Below, piece by piece: positions 18,915 to 27,604 of a stretch of 64,000 nucleotides of DNA. Each line of letters begins with the position of its first letter. Position 1 is the stretch's first letter. The stretch spans positions 1 to 64,000 of the IMG/VR virus record IMGVR_UViG_3300042484_002457, one strand, 5' to 3'. The translations under genes were made by a program, and so were the position numbers. A model generated the notes under the pieces. The model was not told the origin of the DNA and searched no databases. It saw only the letters and a list, made by a program, of their open reading frames with translations.

Positions 18915-20380
18915 AACAAGCAACCATTGTTATCCGCGACGAAGTAAACATCAAAATTGAGGGCTTGGATCTTGACATGCGCAAGCGCCTGGTCACAGCA
19001 TTCAAATACGAAAACCCTGCCGCACGTTACATGCCAGCGGTGCGTCTAGGAAGATGGGACGGCAAGATAGCATACTTCCAGTTAGGAGGCAGTACCTACA
19101 CAAACTTGCTACCTGAAATCATTCCCATCCTTGAGAAGTTTGATTATGATATTGAACTGGATGACCAACGCGACTATTCAAACACTTTTAACTTTGAACA
19201 GGTACGTGAGGATTCATTTGCACATGTGAAGTGGCCCAAAGGACACCCTGCCACAGGTGAACCCATAATGATGCGGGACTACCAGGTTGAAATCGTAAAC
19301 AACTTTTTAGCCAATCCGCAATGCCTGCAAGAAGTAGCAACAGGTGCAGGTAAAACAATCATGACAGCGGCCCTGAGCAATGCAGTTGCACCTTATGGGC
19401 GAAGCATTGTGATTGTGCCCAACAAGAGTCTAGTAACACAAACAGAAAAAGATTACATCAACATGCAACAAGATGTTGGTGTTTATTTTGGCGATAGAAA
19501 AGAGTACGGCCGCACTCACACTATTTGCACCTGGCAGAGTTTGAATATCTTGTTAAAGAATACCAAGGCAGGGGTAGGCGACTGTACCATTGGTGAGTTC
19601 CTTGAAGGCGTTGTATGTGTTATTGTAGACGAAGTACACATGGCCAAGGCAGATGCACTGAAAACTCTGCTGACAGGTGTAATGGCTAGAGTGCCAATTC
19701 GCTGGGGTTTGACCGGAACTATTCCCAAAGAGAAGTTTGAGAGTCAAGCATTGTTAGTAGGACTTGGTCCTGTAGTTGGTCGCTTGAGTGCCAACGAACT
19801 GCAACAGCAAGGTGTTTTGGCCAACTGTCACGTGAATATTGTGCAACTGGTAGATCATGTGGAGTACAAAGAATATCAAAGCGAGCTTAAATACTTGCTG
19901 GAAGAGTCGGGTCGTTTAGACACCATGGCTGAACTTATACGCAAGGTAAACGAAACTGGAAATACGTTGGTGTTGGTTGACAGAGTTGCGGCGGGCCACG
20001 CATTATTAGAACGCCTAGGCGATTGTGCTGTGTTTGTATCGGGCGCAACAAAAGGAACAAAAAGACAAGAAGAATATGACAAAGTTGCGGACAGCGTTGA
20101 TAAGATTATTGTGGCTACCTATGGTGTTGCCGCTGTGGGCATTAACATCCCTAGGATTTTTAATCTGGTTCTTATTGAACCTGGAAAAAGTTTTGTCCGT
20201 GTTATCCAAAGCATTGGCCGCGGCATAAGAAAAGCAGAGGACAAGGATCATGTTCAAATTTGGGACATTACCAGTACCTGCAAGTTTGCCAAACGTCATT
20301 TGACCAAACGCAAGGCCTTCTATAAAGAAGCTAACTATCCTTTCTCTGTAGAAAAGCTGGAGTGGATGAAAATAGCATAA
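18911..20380 (+). CDS. uvsW: UvsW-like SF2 DNA helicase
   Basis: RDYQ, ATGAGKT, DEVH, GLTGT, VGINIP, QSIGRGIR. Confidence 0.92.
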   Translation: MKQATIVIRDEVNIKIEGLDLDMRKRLVTAFKYENPAARYMPAVRLGRWDGKIAYFQLGGSTYTNLLPEIIPILEKFDYDIELDDQRDYSNTFNFEQVREDSFAHVKWPKGHPATGEPIMMRDYQVEIVNNFLANPQCLQEVATGAGKTIMTAALSNAVAPYGRSIVIVPNKSLVTQTEKDYINMQQDVGVYFGDRKEYGRTHTICTWQSLNILLKNTKAGVGDCTIGEFLEGVVCVIVDEVHMAKADALKTLLTGVMARVPIRWGLTGTIPKEKFESQALLVGLGPVVGRLSANELQQQGVLANCHVNIVQLVDHVEYKEYQSELKYLLEESGRLDTMAELIRKVNETGNTLVLVDRVAAGHALLERLGDCAVFVSGATKGTKRQEEYDKVADSVDKIIVATYGVAAVGINIPRIFNLVLIEPGKSFVRVIQSIGRGIRKAEDKDHVQIWDITSTCKFAKRHLTKRKAFYKEANYPFSVEKLEWMKIA

Positions 20381-21191
20381 GTTTTTTGCAGTTATCACCA
20401 TGCCAGCGATTGTAATTTGACTGTCCCCCAACTATACTAACGCAATGCGGGCACTTAAATTTAGGCTTTGGTCCTTGTAGTTTAGCAACTGTTTCTGCGG
20501 AATGTGCAACTCCTCGGTTGTGCGCAGGCTTACCTACTAACCAAGTTGGCGTCTTCCCTTTTTTAGCGTCAGACATTTTTTGTCTCGATTCAACAGTGTG
20601 CGTGGTTGTTTTTCCTTTGTTACCAGCAGATATCTTTTGTTTTGTTTCTTCTGAATGTCGATAGTGCTTGCGTGATTCTAAAATTTTAGCAACTGTTTCG
20701 GGAGAAGTAATTTTACCTTTATGTGCTGCTGACAATTTTTGTTTTGCTTCGGCAGAATGTGTTTTTCCTTTAAAAGCTGACAGCCTGCCTGCGCAAGATT
20801 TAGACAGTTTTTCTCTTGTCTCTTTGGATACAGTTTTACCTTTGTGCAATTGTGATGAGTTTTTTGCCACTTCTATCTTGGCAAGATTGAAAGCACTTCC
20901 TTTGGATATTTTTCTTTGTTGGGCAACATTTTTTGTTCTTAACATCATCCACAGTGCATACCACATACTTTTTGTATGAGCAGGATCAATGGTCATCCGA
21001 GGTAATAAAATATGAACAAGGCGATGTTCTTTTGCAGTAAGTCTTATTAGATTATTTTGATCATTTGCCCCACCTAGACTTTTTGGGATAATGTGATGTT
21101 TTTCTGTATAAGTTTCTTTTGGCAAATCTCTTGACTTTGCACGATTAATGATGCTATAATAACATTTAGTATATTTGTTTTGTAAATACAT
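20331..21191 (-). mobile_element. Free-standing HNH homing endonuclease with NUMOD3 repeats and C-terminal Zn ribbon
   Basis: EKHHIIPKSLGG.N...NL..LT.KEH...H; repeated H(S/T)xE(T/A)+xK+S; CPHC...RWHGDNC; antisense to the operon. Confidence 0.85.
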
Positions 21192-21260
21192 GGCTGATAG
21201 TTCCTTGTAAACTGTTAGAGTCAATGGATCCTGCAAGATCGCGATTGACATTTTTATTTA
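21192..21260 (-). promoter_or_regulatory. Conserved two-hairpin endonuclease leader, copy A, with TAAATA promoter
   Basis: TAAATA-AAAAT-GTCAAT-CGC-GATC-ttgcag-GATC-C-ATTGAC-TCTAAC-AGTT-tacaagg-AACT-ATCAGC-C-ATG. Confidence 0.8.
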
Positions 21261-21775
21261 TGACGGAGAAAAAAATTCGGATCCTCACACTAGACAACAG
21301 TCACTACGACCTAGATCATCTGCCTGAAGAAATTGATGACATGCGTTTTGCTATCTTGGACAACAGCAATCCTGCAGATCCTGATTATCTTTTTATCCCG
21401 CTAATTTTTCTAGAGAGTTTTAACAGCCCTGCTTTGGTACTGCGCATTGGTACACAAACAATCAAGATGCCCATGGATTGGCAGGTACTAATTGGTGAAC
21501 CTGATGTAGGCGATCTAGAAGTGTTACCACTGACATCAATCAACGATCGCGGCTTTAAAGTATTTCAATTCAATCCCCTTACCAGCTATCGCCCCAGCTT
21601 TCCTGACATTGAAATTTTAGATGTGTATCATGATGTTTCATGGTACGCACCCAAACTCAAGAACGGACAAATGCTAGCAGTACCCATTAACGATGAACCT
21701 GAACCTGACTGTATCTATTTTGTAAAAGACGTCAGCCGCAACTGCGAAATTGTCAACTACAACAAGGCTTGGTGA
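21260..21775 (+). CDS. Conserved-looking phage hypothetical protein
   Basis: RILTLDN...MRFAILDNS...FIPLIFLESF; start taken at ATG 21260. Confidence 0.7.
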   Translation: MTEKKIRILTLDNSHYDLDHLPEEIDDMRFAILDNSNPADPDYLFIPLIFLESFNSPALVLRIGTQTIKMPMDWQVLIGEPDVGDLEVLPLTSINDRGFKVFQFNPLTSYRPSFPDIEILDVYHDVSWYAPKLKNGQMLAVPINDEPEPDCIYFVKDVSRNCEIVNYNKAW

Positions 21776-21779
21776 TAAC

Positions 21780-22037
21780 ATGGGCACACTGACACCTGGC
21801 GCAACTTACATTTACGAACGTGTTGGTGACGAAGTGTATGCTCGAGAAGCTGGCAGTCTTGAACGTAAATTGATAGGATACGACTCTCGCACCTCCGATG
21901 GCAGACCACTAAATGAACACATAAAAGAAGATCAGCTGTGGGGCAACATTAGACGAACAGCAAAGAAGAATCCTGCTTTACAAGAATGCCTGGACCGTGC
22001 TATAATGATCTATCAATTGAGTAAACCCAATGAGTGA
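21780..22037 (+). CDS. Hypothetical protein
   Basis: MGTLTPGATYIYER...; in operon. Confidence 0.65.
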   Translation: MGTLTPGATYIYERVGDEVYAREAGSLERKLIGYDSRTSDGRPLNEHIKEDQLWGNIRRTAKKNPALQECLDRAIMIYQLSKPNE

Positions 22038-22473
22038 TAAACTAAACATTGCCAATGAAATGCGGATGTTTGACCGCAAGGAGAGATCATTCTATGATGA
22101 TCTTACCCCAGAAGAACGCAAAAAATTCAGCAACTTCTTGATGATACGCTGGGGCAGTTGTGTAGAAGGCTCAAGAGAGCTACAGGAGTTTTATGTGATC
22201 AGCTGCAACGAGCGATTCAACAAACACTTTTACAGCATGAGTCGGCACCCCAAACTACAATGGCTCATGGCTACTACTGTGAGTCCAGATCTGGGGGCAC
22301 AACGACACAATTGGATTTCGCCCAAGAAGAAAGAAGCTGGTGCCAGTGCCAAACGCAAGGCCCTGCAGGAAATATTCCCGCACTACAAAAACGACGAGAT
22401 TGATGTCATGATGGCAATTACCACACAAAAAGAGATTGATCAGTATCGCAAACAGGCCGGGCAAGACAAGTGA
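22030..22473 (+). CDS. Possible clamp-loader small subunit (T4 gp62-like)
   Basis: Size and pattern KKFSNFLMIRWGS...N..FN...HP.LQW...H.WI, in a replication context. Confidence 0.45.
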   Translation: MSDKLNIANEMRMFDRKERSFYDDLTPEERKKFSNFLMIRWGSCVEGSRELQEFYVISCNERFNKHFYSMSRHPKLQWLMATTVSPDLGAQRHNWISPKKKEAGASAKRKALQEIFPHYKNDEIDVMMAITTQKEIDQYRKQAGQDK

Positions 22474-23180
22474 TTGAACAACTAGTAGTCAACGGATGCA
22501 GCTATAGCGAAAGCTATGCCATGGGCGGCGGGCATGAGTATCTTGCTGGTCAATTAGGAATTCCCCAAGCTCGCACCCTGGCTATAGGTGGTAGTGCCAA
22601 CACTCGCATACTGAGGACCACACTCAAGCACAGTTATAGTACCACGGTGCCCACGTTGTATGTGCTGGGCATGACTTTTGTGTCTAGGCTTGAGCTGCCT
22701 ATTTGTAACCCTGACAATGACTTTGAAGGACGTTGGTGCAATCCGCAAAATCAAGAGTTTTCACCGCGTTGGCAACATGAATGGACTCGCAAACAAACTG
22801 ATGAATTTGTTGCACTAAAACTTCGCAGCGAAGTTTACTCAATCTTGGACCGCACAGAAGATCTCATGTATCGCATGCTGGGCACCATTGCTGACTTACA
22901 GAGTCGCGGACATCGTGTTTTGATGTATCAACAAGCTGATAACTTGTACCAAGGTTACTTGACTGACGCCAGACTCCAGCAGTTTCGACGCCCAGAAATT
23001 ATAGGCGGATTTGAGTGGCGTGCTATTACCTGGCAACATGAGCAAGGTGTGCAACCAACAACATATACGGTTGGCTCGCCTAGTGTACCCCCAGACATGA
23101 CACACCCCAAACCAGGCCATCACAACTTGATCAACAACTATTTGACAAACTACATTCAAGAGCATAAACTGTTGACATGA
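22470..23180 (+). CDS. SGNH-hydrolase-like protein
   Basis: VVNGCSYS, LAIGGSAN.RI.R, C-terminal HP...HH. Confidence 0.55.
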   Translation: MIEQLVVNGCSYSESYAMGGGHEYLAGQLGIPQARTLAIGGSANTRILRTTLKHSYSTTVPTLYVLGMTFVSRLELPICNPDNDFEGRWCNPQNQEFSPRWQHEWTRKQTDEFVALKLRSEVYSILDRTEDLMYRMLGTIADLQSRGHRVLMYQQADNLYQGYLTDARLQQFRRPEIIGGFEWRAITWQHEQGVQPTTYTVGSPSVPPDMTHPKPGHHNLINNYLTNYIQEHKLLT

Positions 23181-23848
23181 GTTTTGTTTGTGAATACTGC
23201 CAAAAACATTTTGTTCGAGAAAACAGTATTTCCGTTCATGTGTGCGAATCCAAACGCAGGAGACTCATGCGTGATGAACCAGGTACTAGACTGGGCTTTC
23301 AAGCATTTGTACGCTTTTATGAGCTGCATCAAAAAGGTCGAGTCAAAACATATGATGACTTTTGTGACAGCAGCTACTTCAAGGCATTTGTGAAGTTTGG
23401 CAACTACTGTGTAAGCACTCGCGTGATCAATACTGCGCGATTCATGGAGTGGTTGTTGAAGCAACAAAAAAAGATTGATCAGTGGTGCAGTGACCGAGTA
23501 TACACAGAGTATTTGGTTTGGTACTTGCCCAATGAGAACGTGAGCGATGCGCTGAGTCGTGCAGTAGAACAAAGCATACAGTGGCAGGAACGCACTGGGC
23601 ATCCTGCACATGACATGTTGCGTTACGGCAATGCAAATGCATTGTGCTACGACATCACAAGCGGACGCTTGAGTCCCTGGGCGATTTACAATTCTGATTC
23701 AGGTATGAATTTTTTGAATCAGCTGAGTACAGAACAAATTGGCATGACATGGAGTTATATCAACAGCGATGTGTGGCAACGCAAGTTTCAAGACTATCCT
23801 GATGATCAGACCTATGCTCAAGACATACTAAAAAAGGCAGGTTGGTAA
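23177..23848 (+). CDS. Protein with N-terminal zinc finger
   Basis: FVCEYCQKHF.RE.S...H.C. Confidence 0.7.
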   Translation: MSFVCEYCQKHFVRENSISVHVCESKRRRLMRDEPGTRLGFQAFVRFYELHQKGRVKTYDDFCDSSYFKAFVKFGNYCVSTRVINTARFMEWLLKQQKKIDQWCSDRVYTEYLVWYLPNENVSDALSRAVEQSIQWQERTGHPAHDMLRYGNANALCYDITSGRLSPWAIYNSDSGMNFLNQLSTEQIGMTWSYINSDVWQRKFQDYPDDQTYAQDILKKAGW

Positions 23849-24201
23849 TGGAAACTGTGTTGATAATTCTTGTGCTGCTACAAATCAAACACTGGTGCAT
23901 GGACTTTGTGTATCAAACCAATGACGAGATTGCGCACAAAGGCACCTACTGGGACTGGCGCGGGATCACACACAGTCTCAAACACGGTGCAGCAACTGGC
24001 TTGATACTGATGTTCTTTGTGCCTTTTGAGTGGGCATACTTTTTGGCAGCAGTAGATTTTATGTTGCACTATCACATTGACTGGGCAAAATCAAACTATG
24101 GCAATCGTGATATTGGTACCAAGGCATTTTGGAATCACTTGGGCCTGGACCAGTTAGCACATCAACTAGTTTATATTTTTATTGTTTGGACACTATTATG
24201 A
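23848..24201 (+). CDS. DUF3307-like membrane protein
   Basis: KH...DF..Q, HS..HG, HYHIDWAK, FW..LGLDQLAH. Confidence 0.8.
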   Translation: METVLIILVLLQIKHWCMDFVYQTNDEIAHKGTYWDWRGITHSLKHGAATGLILMFFVPFEWAYFLAAVDFMLHYHIDWAKSNYGNRDIGTKAFWNHLGLDQLAHQLVYIFIVWTLL

Positions 24202-24545
24202 TTAGGAATATCACAGGCGGCCAGGGTATACACGTTTCGGGCAGTGTGTACAACGTTCCTTATATCGACACCACTAGAGCCAGTGCTGGCATAGTGCGAT
24301 ACGTCGGTGGCAACGTTGAAGTGTATGATGGCAGCTCATGGTTACCTTTACAATCCAGCTATCCGCAGATTGAACTTGACCACGAAACAATGGAAATTAT
24401 AAAGTGGGCGCAGAACCGAATGATTGAGGAAGAACGCATGACAGCACTGGCGGCCCAACATCCCACTGTGGCAGATGCACTGCTAGCCAGAGATCGTGCC
24501 CAAGATGCTTTGCGTATTGCAGTGGTCTTGTGTGATATAAAATGA
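24198..24545 (+). CDS. Hypothetical protein
   Basis: ORF coupled to both neighbours (ATGA overlaps). Confidence 0.65.
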   Translation: MIRNITGGQGIHVSGSVYNVPYIDTTRASAGIVRYVGGNVEVYDGSSWLPLQSSYPQIELDHETMEIIKWAQNRMIEEERMTALAAQHPTVADALLARDRAQDALRIAVVLCDIK

Positions 24546-25111
24546 GCGCAGATATTGACATTGACATGCCCGACAGGGACGCATTGCTGAAGCTGATTCA
24601 GCATGTTCCAGCACGTCAGAGCAATGGGCGCCGTCACAACTCTGGCGTTTATGTCACAGACATACCAGTTGATGCCGTGAACCGCTGTGCTGCCCTGGAT
24701 TATGAAACAGCAGAACAGCGAGGTTATTTCAAAATTGACTTGTTGAACATGAGTGTGTACAGCTTGGTAAAAAGTCCTGAGCACTACAAAGCCATGTTGA
24801 GCCAACAACCTCCATGGAGTCGACTGTGGACCGATGGAGCCTGGGCTTCTCAGCTGGTGCATGTGGGCAATTACACAGACTTACTGAAAATCATGCGGCC
24901 AGATTCAATACCCAGGATGGCTGCTTTTATTAGTATTATTCGTCCTGGTAAGGCGCACTTGCAGCGGAGACCTTGGGACGAAGTGTTTGCGTCAGTGTGG
25001 GATGGAGACGAAAGTCAGGGCTACACGTTCAAGCGTAGCCACTCAATTTCTTATGCCGCATTAGTTACACTGCACATGAATCTGATCAGTCAAGCCGTCG
25101 AACCAGTGTAA
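24542..25111 (+). CDS. Miniature DNA polymerase III alpha (DnaE)-like catalytic core
   Basis: DIDID, HNSGVY, FKIDLLN, IIRPG and YTFKRSHSISYA in DnaE order within 189 aa. Confidence 0.75.
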   Translation: MSADIDIDMPDRDALLKLIQHVPARQSNGRRHNSGVYVTDIPVDAVNRCAALDYETAEQRGYFKIDLLNMSVYSLVKSPEHYKAMLSQQPPWSRLWTDGAWASQLVHVGNYTDLLKIMRPDSIPRMAAFISIIRPGKAHLQRRPWDEVFASVWDGDESQGYTFKRSHSISYAALVTLHMNLISQAVEPV

Positions 25112-25463
25112 TACTCTTGCGTTTTGACTTTTTGCGAGCTATATCTAATAGGCTACAAGTTGGACCGTGTAGGATTTCCAAGTCCTTGTTGCTAAAAGTG
25201 CGCAGTGTGCCACGAAAAGGATCCCAGTCTCTGCGCAAGAATATGTTGATGGGAATACTGCGATTGCTTTCCCACCACCAAGTTGATGCTAGTTCTAGGA
25301 ATAGAATCTTATCTTCTTGATGTTTCACTGCTCCAAAGTCGTAGATGGTTGTGACAATGTCGTCTCTGTTCTGTACTACGCCTATATACTCTGCATTGGC
25401 ATACATGCACAATGTTATGAAAGGATATTTTTCTGTCAATTTATCAAAGATGTTGTTTCCCAT
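25086..25463 (-). CDS. Hypothetical protein
   Basis: 125 aa; TAAATA 6 nt upstream; WWWESNRSIPINIFL. Confidence 0.7.
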   Translation of the reverse strand: MGNNIFDKLTEKYPFITLCMYANAEYIGVVQNRDDIVTTIYDFGAVKHQEDKILFLELASTWWWESNRSIPINIFLRRDWDPFRGTLRTFSNKDLEILHGPTCSLLDIARKKSKRKSITLVRRLD

Positions 25464-25508
25464 TGCGGTTATTTATGGACGGCAAATTTTGGATAAACTA
25501 AATATAAC

Positions 25509-26579
25509 ATGTATTCCACTACCGCATATCTATACCAACAAATTACCAAAGTATTGTTAGTTGACACCAGCGGCGGCTATTTCACAATGAGGTATGACCC
25601 TGTGTACGCAAAAACTTTAACCATTAACAAAGGGGTCGACAACGTACTCCTATTTGAATTTATCAATCAAGATCAGAAGCCTGTAAACATTGCAGGCTCT
25701 ACCTTCTTGTTTCGTTTACTTAATCAAACTGGCGATGAGCTGTTTGTTCAGAAACAGTGCGAAGTCCTTAGTTCTGCACTGGGTCGCGTAAAGGTAGTTC
25801 TATCACCTGAAGATACCAATGATATTGTGGCCCAACCTGGCAGCTACAGTATTGAACGTGTGTCGGGCAATTACCACCAAGCAGTGTATGTAAACGCCAA
25901 CAGTCAGGCCCGAGCCAACTGTGACATTGTAAATAGTGTGTTCCCAGAATTTTTGCCTAGCCCGGTGCTCACAGTTCCCGACATGTACGGCAAGAATCAA
26001 TTGGTCAGTGCTGCACCTACCAACTGGCCAGACTGGGCACTTACTCCACAACCTCTTAACGGTATTCAATCAACTGAATTCTATTCAAGCTACATTCCCA
26101 CAAACGGGCAGAGCTTGACTACCATCAAGATGGACTTGGTGCATTACACTGGCACAGTCAAAATTCAAGGCGCTGAAAACTACGAATCTGTTTGGTACAA
26201 TGTAACTGAAAGTCGTAGCTATTATGACGCCACAGAAACTGTGTATTTCAATGCAGTGGGATTCCATCCCTTGTTGAGGGTGGCACTGAACAACTCAATT
26301 GGTTATGGCGCCACTGCCAATGCAACAGTCAGCAATGGAGTAGTCACTGGAATCAGCATTACCAATTCAGGAATTGGATACGTAGCCCCTCCTTATGTGC
26401 AAATACTAGGCAACGGTGCAGGCGCCGAAGCCTATTGTACCATTGGTGACAACAACCAAGTTGCTGCAATTGTGGTCACAAATGGTGGATCAGGTTATCT
26501 GCCGTTGCAATTCAACAACACTGTTTTTGCCACAGTGCTGCTCACTAACGGCAAAGTTGAAAATCTACAGTACCGATAA
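25509..26579 (+). CDS. Probable virion structural protein
   Basis: TAAATA upstream; beta-rich; C-terminal ITN.G.GY..PP.V.I.G.G.GA.A repeats typical of phage structural proteins. Confidence 0.6.
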   Translation: MYSTTAYLYQQITKVLLVDTSGGYFTMRYDPVYAKTLTINKGVDNVLLFEFINQDQKPVNIAGSTFLFRLLNQTGDELFVQKQCEVLSSALGRVKVVLSPEDTNDIVAQPGSYSIERVSGNYHQAVYVNANSQARANCDIVNSVFPEFLPSPVLTVPDMYGKNQLVSAAPTNWPDWALTPQPLNGIQSTEFYSSYIPTNGQSLTTIKMDLVHYTGTVKIQGAENYESVWYNVTESRSYYDATETVYFNAVGFHPLLRVALNNSIGYGATANATVSNGVVTGISITNSGIGYVAPPYVQILGNGAGAEAYCTIGDNNQVAAIVVTNGGSGYLPLQFNNTVFATVLLTNGKVENLQYR

Positions 26580-26617
26580 GCATTGCTTGATACCAAAAAA
26601 TCTGTTAAACTAAACAG

Positions 26618-27604
26618 ATGATTGATATTACGATTTACTTGCCCGCAAAACGCAAGCAAAGTCCCAGTGGTTGGGTCAGCTTCAATGCGGTATGCTGTAC
26701 TCATAATGGCAACAGTGCAGACAAGCGCCAGCGTGGCGGAATCAAAATAACTGAACAAGGCTGGAGCTATCACTGTTTCAATTGTTCATACACTGCTAGT
26801 TTTGTACTGGGACGCACTGTAAGTTTCAAAGCACGTAGATTACTGACTTGGTTGGGTGTTTCTGAAAATGAAATTGAACACTTGAATCTTGAAAGCCTGC
26901 GTCATCGCAGCATACACGGAATTATTCAAGATCGTCAGCGTGTGGCCAACATACTACAAGGCATTGACTTTGAAGAACGCGACGATTTCCCACCGTTCTC
27001 AGAAGTGATTACTCCTGAGTTTCCGTTGTATTGGGATTACATTCAAAGTCGATGCGTACCAAAAGATTACCCACTGATGACAGCCATCAAGACTGATGGC
27101 ATACATTGGGTAAGACCATTTGTGCTGGTACCGTTCACATACGAAAACAAAGTAGTAGGTTGGAGTGCTAGGTTTTTAGACAACAAACTCCCCAAGTACA
27201 TCAATCACTCACAGCCCGGTTATGTGTTTGGAACAGATCTACAGCAACCTGGTTGGCAGCATGTGTTGGTAATGGAAGGTTTGTTTGATGCACTGAGTAT
27301 TGGTGGCCTGGCGGTGATGCACAATACCATAAGTGATAGTCAAGCAAGATTGATTCGCAATCTTGGTCGAGAGATCACTGTGGTACCAGATCAAGATCAA
27401 GCTGGACTAGAACTTGTTGATCGTGCTGTTGAACTAGGATGGGCAGTAAGCATACCCAACTGGGAAGGCTGCAAAGATGTCAACGACGCTGTAAAGAAAT
27501 ATGGTAAATTGGGCGCACTGCTAACTATTATGCAGGCTCGAGAAACCAGCCGTATCAAAATAGAATTAAGAAAGAGACAACTTGTTAAAAGATTACTCAG
27601 TTGA
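26618..27604 (+). CDS. DNA primase (Zn finger plus TOPRIM)
   Basis: YHCFNC, KYIN, VMEGLFDA, PDQDQAG, KDVND. Confidence 0.88.
   Translation: MIDITIYLPAKRKQSPSGWVSFNAVCCTHNGNSADKRQRGGIKITEQGWSYHCFNCSYTASFVLGRTVSFKARRLLTWLGVSENEIEHLNLESLRHRSIHGIIQDRQRVANILQGIDFEERDDFPPFSEVITPEFPLYWDYIQSRCVPKDYPLMTAIKTDGIHWVRPFVLVPFTYENKVVGWSARFLDNKLPKYINHSQPGYVFGTDLQQPGWQHVLVMEGLFDALSIGGLAVMHNTISDSQARLIRNLGREITVVPDQDQAGLELVDRAVELGWAVSIPNWEGCKDVNDAVKKYGKLGALLTIMQARETSRIKIELRKRQLVKRLLS

Noticed and set aside
21192-21260. Endonuclease leader as a hammerhead ribozyme, integron attC site or OMEGA-type guide RNA
   Set aside because: CTGAT is not followed by GA and there is no GAAA core; the GTTAGA/TCTAAC box is central rather than terminal as in attC; there is no variable guide-length segment and no RuvC protein.
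23040-23052. GAGCAAGGTGTG resembling the QGVAE repeat
   Set aside because: Continues as QP rather than AE and lies inside an SGNH-like domain; likely chance.
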